This document shows, one piece after another, positions 58,624 through 64,000 of a DNA stretch of 64,000 nucleotides; position 1 is the first letter of the stretch; every line of letters starts with the position of its first letter. The position numbers were made by a program, and so were the translations under genes. This DNA comes from an uncultured Sphingomonas sp. (GTDB lineage: Bacteria; Pseudomonadota; Alphaproteobacteria; Sphingomonadales; Sphingomonadaceae). The stretch is taken from the NCBI RefSeq assembly GCF_913775315.1, contig NZ_CAJYIX010000002.1, one strand, 5' to 3'. Below the pieces are notes generated by a model. It was not told where the DNA came from. It saw nothing but the letters and a program-made list of their open reading frames with translations, and ran no database searches.

Positions 58624-60497
58624 CGGGTCTGGCGGAAGTTCAGCAGGTTCTCGGCGTTAAGGAACAGGCTGACCTTGCCCAGCTTCAGCTCGCCCATCGC
58701 GCCCAGCTCGACATAGGGACGGCTTCGGCTGCGATAGGGGTCGTCCTCAAGGCTCTGGCGGCCGGTATAATAGGCCTCCAGCCCGATCCGGCCGCGCTCG
58801 TGCTTCTCCCACACCGCTGTCAGCCCGGCGGTATTGCGCGGAGTGAGGGGAACGGCTCGCCGGCCGATGCCGTCCGGGTTCGGTTCGCGCGCGTCGGTGC
58901 GGACATAGCTTCCGGTGAAGGTGATGGCGTTTAGACGGCAGCGCAGCAGCAGCTCGGCCCCGCGCGAGCGCGTCACGCCATCGGCGTTGACCAGTTCGGC
59001 GCGGGTGGCGCTCACATCGCGGAGCTGGACGGCATGGTCGATGTTCGACCCGAACAGCGTCAGGCTCGCCTCGATCGGCCCGTGCGCATAACCGAAGTCG
59101 ATCGAGGCGGTGTCGGCCGTTTCGGCGCGCAAGCCCCGTAGCGGCTCGATCCGCGACAACCCTGCCGCCTCCACTTCCTCGATGAACGGGGTCGGCGCAT
59201 AGAAGCCGCGACCCAGCGACGCGCGCACGGTGAAAGGGCCGGGCCTGAACAGCGCCGACACGCGCGGACTGACGCGCGTACCGTATTCGCTATGGTCGTC
59301 GAGGCGCGCGCTGCCCGCAAGCGTCAGGTCCGCCGACACCTTCTGCTCGGCCTGCACGAACAGCGCGGGCACTCGATAGGTGTAGTCGAAAGCCGGGAAG
59401 GTCCGCGAGCGATAGCTGTCCACCTGGTAGGCGGCACCGGCGAGCCAGGTCGTGTCGCCGGTGCCGCCGCCCAGCGATGCCTCGGTCAGGACGGTGTTGT
59501 GGCGGTCATTCTCGATCACGTCGCCGAAGGTGTGCCGATGGGCCTGCGTTACGCCCGACGCGCGCAGATAGAGCGTACCGACGCCCTCGATCGGCGCCTG
59601 GGCGTTGAGGCCGGCGTCAAATCGCCGGCTGCGCTGATCCTGGGCGAAGGTCGAACCGTCCGGCACGACGCGGCCGGGCAGTGTGCCGCCGCGGCGCTGC
59701 TCGGCGAGCGCCCCGACCGTCAGATAGGCTTTCGCGCCGCCCGCACCGTCCCAGAACAGCCGCGGTCGGAACGTCCAGCGATCATAGCCGGGAATGTTCG
59801 CCCAACCGTCGCCGTCGATATCCTGGGCGGACTGCCGGTTGAACCCGCCGGTCAGCGAGTAGCCGATCGCCTCTGTCAGCGGACCGGAATTGTAGCCGGT
59901 CACGTCCTGCCCGCCCCGGCTGGTCGCGTTCACCAGCAACTCACCCAATTGTGCCGGCGAAGGTCGGCGCGACACGAGATTGATGACGCCGCCCAGCGCC
60001 GATGGGCCGTAGAGCGCGGATGCCGCACCCTTGATGATCTCGACCTGTCCAAGGTCGGTAGGCGGTATTTGTAGAAGGCCGATCGATGGCGTCTGCCCGC
60101 CGTAGAGCGGCAATTCATCGGCGAGGATTTGCGTGTAGCGACCTTTCAGGCCCTGCACCCGGACGTTCGCCGCCCCCAGCGCCGGCGACGTAACCTGGAC
60201 GCGCAGACCGGGCGTCTCGTTCACCAGCATGGAGATGTTACCGGGCTGCATGAGGATTTTCTCCTCGACCTCTTCCCGGTTCAACACCTCGACGCGGATC
60301 GGCTCGTCCTGCACCCGGCGACCGGTGCGGGTAGCCTGGACCACGATGTCCTCGCCCTCATCAGCTTCCTCGGTGGACGTCGGCGGCACAGCTACGGTTG
60401 GTCGATCCTGTGCCGCCGCAGCGTTCGCTGTCAGGCATAGGACCGCAAACACGATGGGCGACGCTATCAAAATCCTGTCGCCTGCTCTGTACGGCAA
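58503..60497 (-). CDS. TonB-dependent outer-membrane receptor
   Basis: Signal peptide, IVVQATRT TonB box, VEIIKGAASALYGPSALGGVINLVS plug, NAENLLN, terminal RFRF. Confidence 0.93.
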   Translation of the reverse strand: MPYRAGDRILIASPIVFAVLCLTANAAAAQDRPTVAVPPTSTEEADEGEDIVVQATRTGRRVQDEPIRVEVLNREEVEEKILMQPGNISMLVNETPGLRVQVTSPALGAANVRVQGLKGRYTQILADELPLYGGQTPSIGLLQIPPTDLGQVEIIKGAASALYGPSALGGVINLVSRRPSPAQLGELLVNATSRGGQDVTGYNSGPLTEAIGYSLTGGFNRQSAQDIDGDGWANIPGYDRWTFRPRLFWDGAGGAKAYLTVGALAEQRRGGTLPGRVVPDGSTFAQDQRSRRFDAGLNAQAPIEGVGTLYLRASGVTQAHRHTFGDVIENDRHNTVLTEASLGGGTGDTTWLAGAAYQVDSYRSRTFPAFDYTYRVPALFVQAEQKVSADLTLAGSARLDDHSEYGTRVSPRVSALFRPGPFTVRASLGRGFYAPTPFIEEVEAAGLSRIEPLRGLRAETADTASIDFGYAHGPIEASLTLFGSNIDHAVQLRDVSATRAELVNADGVTRSRGAELLLRCRLNAITFTGSYVRTDAREPNPDGIGRRAVPLTPRNTAGLTAVWEKHERGRIGLEAYYTGRQSLEDDPYRSRSRPYVELGAMGELKLGKVSLFLNAENLLNFRQTRYDPLLLPRRAPDGAWTVDAWGPLDGRTINGGVRFRFGGD

Positions 60498-60549
60498 AAC
60501 GCTACCCCTGCATGGGCGTCGCGATCATCGGGACGCTTGTGAGGGACGG

Positions 60550-60580
60550 CCCATAAGGGCTGTAGCCGCTACAGGGTCAA
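60550..60580 (-). promoter_or_regulatory. MerR-type promoter/operator 2 (drives TBDR gene)
   Basis: Minus strand TTGACC-CTGTAG CGG CTACAG CCCT-TATGGG; 20 of first 21 nt identical to operator 1. Confidence 0.85.
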
Positions 60581-60635
60581 CACTGTATTGGTCAGGACCG
60601 TTGTGCGCGGTCCCTGGTCGATCTACGACACCGCC

Positions 60636-60980
60636 ATGTCGCTCCGGGCCTTCCCGCTTTTCCGGCTCGTCCGCACCGCCACGATCGTCGTCCTGGCGGT
60701 GATGATGCTCGTGCGGCTTGGCCCGCTCTGCGAGACGATGGCGATGGCCGCGACGCCGATCGCGTCCGCGGCGATGGATTGCGCCAACACCCCAGGCCAC
60801 GTTCCGATCAAGAAAATCCCGCCCTCGGCCTGCGCCACGCCGTGCGCGGCGATGTCCGGCGAGACGGTTGCGCACGTCGAACCGATGCTGTTCGTGCCGC
60901 TGTCGCCTTGGGCGGTCGCCCATACCGGGCTGCTCGGACTTACCAGCGCACCGGCAACGCCCCCTCCGCAGACCGCGTGA
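60636..60980 (+). CDS. Cys-containing, Pro-tailed small protein (DUF2946/CutF-like)
   Basis: N-terminal hydrophobic helix, CATPC, C-terminal SAPATPPPQTA. Confidence 0.6.
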   Translation: MSLRAFPLFRLVRTATIVVLAVMMLVRLGPLCETMAMAATPIASAAMDCANTPGHVPIKKIPPSACATPCAAMSGETVAHVEPMLFVPLSPWAVAHTGLLGLTSAPATPPPQTA

Positions 60981-61020
60981 CGTCGAACCTGACCTCACAC
61001 GAATCTACACGGAGAATACC

Positions 61021-61203
61021 ATGACCAAGTTCAAGCTCATCAGCGCCGCTTTCGCCCTCACGCTCTCGACGGGCGCCTTCGCCGCGGTCGCGAATTGCTG
61101 CGCCGATATGGCGTGCTGCAAGGACGGTGCTGACTGCTGCGATCATGGCGACGAGGCGAAGGGCGGCGATCACGCCGGCCACGCCATGCCGAACATGAAG
61201 TAA
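61021..61203 (+). CDS. 60-aa secreted Cys/His/Met-rich peptide
   Basis: Signal peptide ending AFA; CC-X4-CC-X5-CC then HGD...HAGHAM; GGAG RBS. Confidence 0.8.
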   Translation: MTKFKLISAAFALTLSTGAFAAVANCCADMACCKDGADCCDHGDEAKGGDHAGHAMPNMK

Positions 61204-61212
61204 GACGAAGGG

Positions 61213-61241
61213 ACGGGGGGCGGGCGACCGCCCCCCGTTTT
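61213..61241 (+). terminator. Rho-independent terminator
   Basis: ACGGGGGGCGG-GCGA-CCGCCCCCCGT-TTT. Confidence 0.85.
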
Positions 61242-61286
61242 CATGGCGCGCCATATCGAGCGTGAAGCCACCACTAGACTACACTT

Positions 61287-61310
61287 ATATATCCACTATG
61301 CTAGATATAT
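61287..61310. promoter_or_regulatory. Putative ArsR operator
   Basis: ATATATC-N10-GATATAT overlapping the arsR start codon. Confidence 0.6.
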
Positions 61311-61641
61311 GGAAAATGAGTCAGCAATCGCTGCGCTAGGCGCGCTCGCCCAAGGGACGCGGCTCGACGTGTTCCGCCTGTTGGTGCGTCACGAACCGGA
61401 CGGCATGGCGGCGGGCAATATCGCGCGGGCGCTCGACGTGCCGCAGAACACCATGTCGGCGCATCTCGGCATCCTCGCGCGCGCCGGCCTGGTCCGCTCT
61501 GAACGGCATAGCCGCTCGATCATCTACCGTGCCGATCTGGACGGCCTGCGCGCGCTGACGCTGTTCCTCGTCAAGGATTGCTGCGCCGGCAATGCGGAGC
61601 TGTGCGCGCCGCTCGTCGCCGAACTCGCCCCCTGCTGCTGA
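61309..61641 (+). CDS. arsR: ArsR family As(III)-responsive repressor
   Basis: [21 protein letters not shown]; C-terminal DCC...C...CC. Confidence 0.92.
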   Translation: MENESAIAALGALAQGTRLDVFRLLVRHEPDGMAAGNIARALDVPQNTMSAHLGILARAGLVRSERHSRSIIYRADLDGLRALTLFLVKDCCAGNAELCAPLVAELAPCC

Positions 61642-61652
61642 AAGGACGCCCC

Positions 61653-62081
61653 GTGGCCGTCGATATCGTCATCTATCACAACCCCGAGTGCGGCACGTCG
61701 CGCAACGCGCTGGTGATGATCCGCAACGCCGGCATCGAGCCGCATGTCGTCGAGTATCTGAAAACTCCGCCCTCGCGCGCGCTGCTAGTCGAGTTGATCG
61801 ATCGCGCCGGCATGACACCCCGCGAGCTGCTACGCGAGAAGGGGACGCCCTATGCGGAGTTGGGCCTGGGCGACACGGCGCTGTTCGACGACGTGTTGGT
61901 GGATGCGATGATGGCGCATCCGATCCTCATCAACCGGCCGCTGGTCGTCTCGCCGCTCGGCGTGAAGTTGTGCCGGCCGTCCGAAGCCGTCCTCGATCTG
62001 CTGCCGAGCGGCCAGCTCGCCGCGTTCGCCAAGGAAGACGGCGAACAGGTGGTGGACGCTTCGGGCCAGCGCGTCGCCTGA
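61653..62081 (+). CDS. arsC: Arsenate reductase (glutaredoxin type)
   Basis: [24 protein letters not shown]. Confidence 0.95.
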   Translation: MAVDIVIYHNPECGTSRNALVMIRNAGIEPHVVEYLKTPPSRALLVELIDRAGMTPRELLREKGTPYAELGLGDTALFDDVLVDAMMAHPILINRPLVVSPLGVKLCRPSEAVLDLLPSGQLAAFAKEDGEQVVDASGQRVA

Positions 62082-63367
62082 TGCTCCTTGCCCTCCTGAT
62101 CTTCGTCGCGACGATCACGCTCGTCATCTGGCAACCGAAGGGCCTCGGCATCGGGTGGAGCGCGATGGGCGGGGCGATCGTGGCGCTGCTCGCGGGTGTC
62201 GTCACCCTGTCCGACGTGCCGGTAGTATGGGGCATCGTCTGGAACGCGACAGCCGCGTTCGTCGCGATCATCGTCATCAGCCTGCTGCTCGATGAGGCCG
62301 GGTTCTTCGAATGGGCGGCACTCCATGTCGCGCGCTGGGGCAGGGGGCATGGTCGCCGGCTATTCGTTCTGATCGTGCTGCTCGGCGCGGCGGTGTCCGC
62401 GCTGTTCGCCAACGACGGCGCGGCACTGATCCTGACGCCGATCGTCATCGCCATGCTGCGCGCGCTGGGGTTCAAGGACAAGGCGACGCTGGCCTTCGTC
62501 ATGGCGGCCGGGTTCATCGCCGACACCGCCAGCCTGCCGCTGGTCGTGTCGAACCTCGTCAACATCGTGTCGGCCGACTTCTTCAAGATCGGGTTCGGCG
62601 AATATGCGGCCGTGATGGTGCCGGTCGATCTAATGTCGATCGCGGCTACGCTGGGCGCGCTGCTCATATTCTTCCGACGTGATATCCCGCGAGATTACGA
62701 TGTGACCGCGCTGCGTGCGCCCGGTGCCGCTATCCGTGACGCCGCGACCTTCCGCGCCGGATGGATCGTCCTTGCCCTGCTGCTCGCCGGCTTCTTCCTG
62801 CTCGAACCGCTCGGCGTGCCGGTCAGCGCCGTCGCCGCTGCCGGCGCGATCCTGCTGCTGGTGATCGCTGGGCGGGGCCATGTCATCCAGACAGGCAAGG
62901 TGCTGCGCGGCGCGCCGTGGCAGGTCGTCATATTTTCGCTCGGCATGTACCTGGTCGTTTATGGCCTGCGGAACGCCGGCCTGACCGACCATCTGGCGGC
63001 GCTGCTCGACCGCACCGCACAAGGCGGCGTGTGGAGCGCAGCGCTAGGAACGGGCGTGATCGCGGCCGTCCTGTCGTCGGTAATGAACAACATGCCAACC
63101 GTGCTGGTAGGCGCGCTGTCGATCGACGCCACGCATGCGACAGGGGCGGTCAAGGAAGCGATGATCTACGCCAACGTCATCGGCTGCGATCTCGGCCCCA
63201 AGCTGACGCCGATCGGCTCACTCGCCACGCTGCTGTGGCTGCATGTCCTGGGGCAGAAGGGCGTTCGGATCGGGTGGGGCTATTATTTCCGGGTCGGGGT
63301 CACACTGACCGTGCCGGTTCTGCTCATCACGCTTGCGGCGCTGGCGTCGAGGATCACGATCGGATGA
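62081..63367 (+). CDS. arsB: Arsenite efflux pump ArsB
   Basis: [40 protein letters not shown]. Confidence 0.96.
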   Translation: MLLALLIFVATITLVIWQPKGLGIGWSAMGGAIVALLAGVVTLSDVPVVWGIVWNATAAFVAIIVISLLLDEAGFFEWAALHVARWGRGHGRRLFVLIVLLGAAVSALFANDGAALILTPIVIAMLRALGFKDKATLAFVMAAGFIADTASLPLVVSNLVNIVSADFFKIGFGEYAAVMVPVDLMSIAATLGALLIFFRRDIPRDYDVTALRAPGAAIRDAATFRAGWIVLALLLAGFFLLEPLGVPVSAVAAAGAILLLVIAGRGHVIQTGKVLRGAPWQVVIFSLGMYLVVYGLRNAGLTDHLAALLDRTAQGGVWSAALGTGVIAAVLSSVMNNMPTVLVGALSIDATHATGAVKEAMIYANVIGCDLGPKLTPIGSLATLLWLHVLGQKGVRIGWGYYFRVGVTLTVPVLLITLAALASRITIG

Positions 63368-63687
63368 CGGCATTGATCTACATTGGCGCGGCGCTCGCGG
63401 AAATTGCTGGATGCTTTGCCTTCTGGGCCTGGCTCTGTATGGGAAAGTCGCCCGTGTGGCTGGCGCCCGGCATCGCTTCGCTGATCCTGTTCGCCTGGCT
63501 CCTGACTCGCGTAGACAGCGACGCGGCGGGCCGTGCCTATGCCGCCTATGGCGGCATCTACATCTGCGCCTCGCTACTCTGGCTATGGGGCGTCGAGGGC
63601 GTTCGGCCCGATCGATGGGACGTGGGCGGTGCGGTCCTGTGTCTTGTCGGAACCTGCGTCATCCTTCTTGGCCCGCGGGGGGCATGA
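63364..63687 (+). CDS. YnfA (UPF0060) SMR-type membrane protein
   Basis: [27 protein letters not shown]. Confidence 0.92.
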   Translation: MTALIYIGAALAEIAGCFAFWAWLCMGKSPVWLAPGIASLILFAWLLTRVDSDAAGRAYAAYGGIYICASLLWLWGVEGVRPDRWDVGGAVLCLVGTCVILLGPRGA

Positions 63688-64000
63688 TGGAGCTGACTGC
63701 CACATCGCTTGGTCCCGATGAAATCGCCAAGCTGGCATCGTTCCTCGAAACCGCGAACCTGCCCAGCGCCGATCTCGCTGATCCCGGCCGCCTGTTCTTC
63801 CAGTTCGAGGCCGATAGCCTCGTGGGTTATGGCGGCCTGGAGGGTGGAGGGGCTGACCGCCTGCTTCGCTCGATCGTCGTACTCCCCGATCGCCGGGGGC
63901 ATGGCCTCGGGCGGGCATTGGTCGCCACCCTCGAAAGACAGGCGCGCAACCTCGGAGTGGAACGCCTGCATCTGCTGACGACGACGGCCGCGCCGTTTTT
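63684..64000 (+). CDS. arsN2: GNAT acetyltransferase, ArsN2-like (3' truncated; not in ORF track)
   Basis: Translated by hand: ...LPSADL...VGYGGLE...[21 protein letters not shown]...[11 protein letters not shown]. Confidence 0.8.
   Translation, partial: MMELTATSLGPDEIAKLASFLETANLPSADLADPGRLFFQFEADSLVGYGGLEGGGADRLLRSIVVLPDRRGHGLGRALVATLERQARNLGVERLHLLTTTAAPF

Larger units (their letters stand above)
53400..64000. mobile_element. Probable genomic island / accessory region (SOS cargo plus metal and arsenic resistance); continues past window
   Basis: Shift to unknown short ORFs with AT-richer spacers, SRAP, MerR/CDF, ars operon; no integrase or att seen. Confidence 0.55.

Overview
High-GC alphaproteobacterial chromosome segment; gene content and repeat types are typical of Sphingomonas. 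About 1-53.2 kb is core backbone: tRNA-Thr, rpmH-rnpA-yidD-yidC-engB, yifB/comM, topA, ybbP-ybbA/tesA, POT transporter, ilvA-like, ate/bpt, recX, a fatty acyl-AMP ligase, ilvD, kynA plus a kynureninase-like gene, a fragmentary T2SS set (gspJ, gspK, gspN), cysE, oxyR, moaDE, pgsA, tRNA-Gly, cnoX-lonN-trm112 and coq4, with several intergenic REP-like palindromes. From about 53.2 kb to the right edge is an accessory, visibly more AT-rich, island-like region with no integrase in view. It carries a LexA-boxed pair of unknown ORFs, an SRAP peptidase, a heavy-metal module and an arsR-arsC-arsB-ynfA-arsN2 operon. Best leads: (1) two near-identical CadR-type MerR promoters (19-bp spacer) point convergently at a CDF-type transporter and a TonB-dependent receptor, i.e. 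an apparently metal-INDUCED receptor, flanked by a Pro-tailed Cys leader-like ORF and a tiny secreted CC-CC-CC/His peptide; (2) rnpA has an in-frame AUG 4 nt before the rpmH AUG and reads through rpmH, the architecture described for Thermus; (3) an SOS-boxed zinc-finger operon. All family calls come from motif recognition by eye, not database searches.
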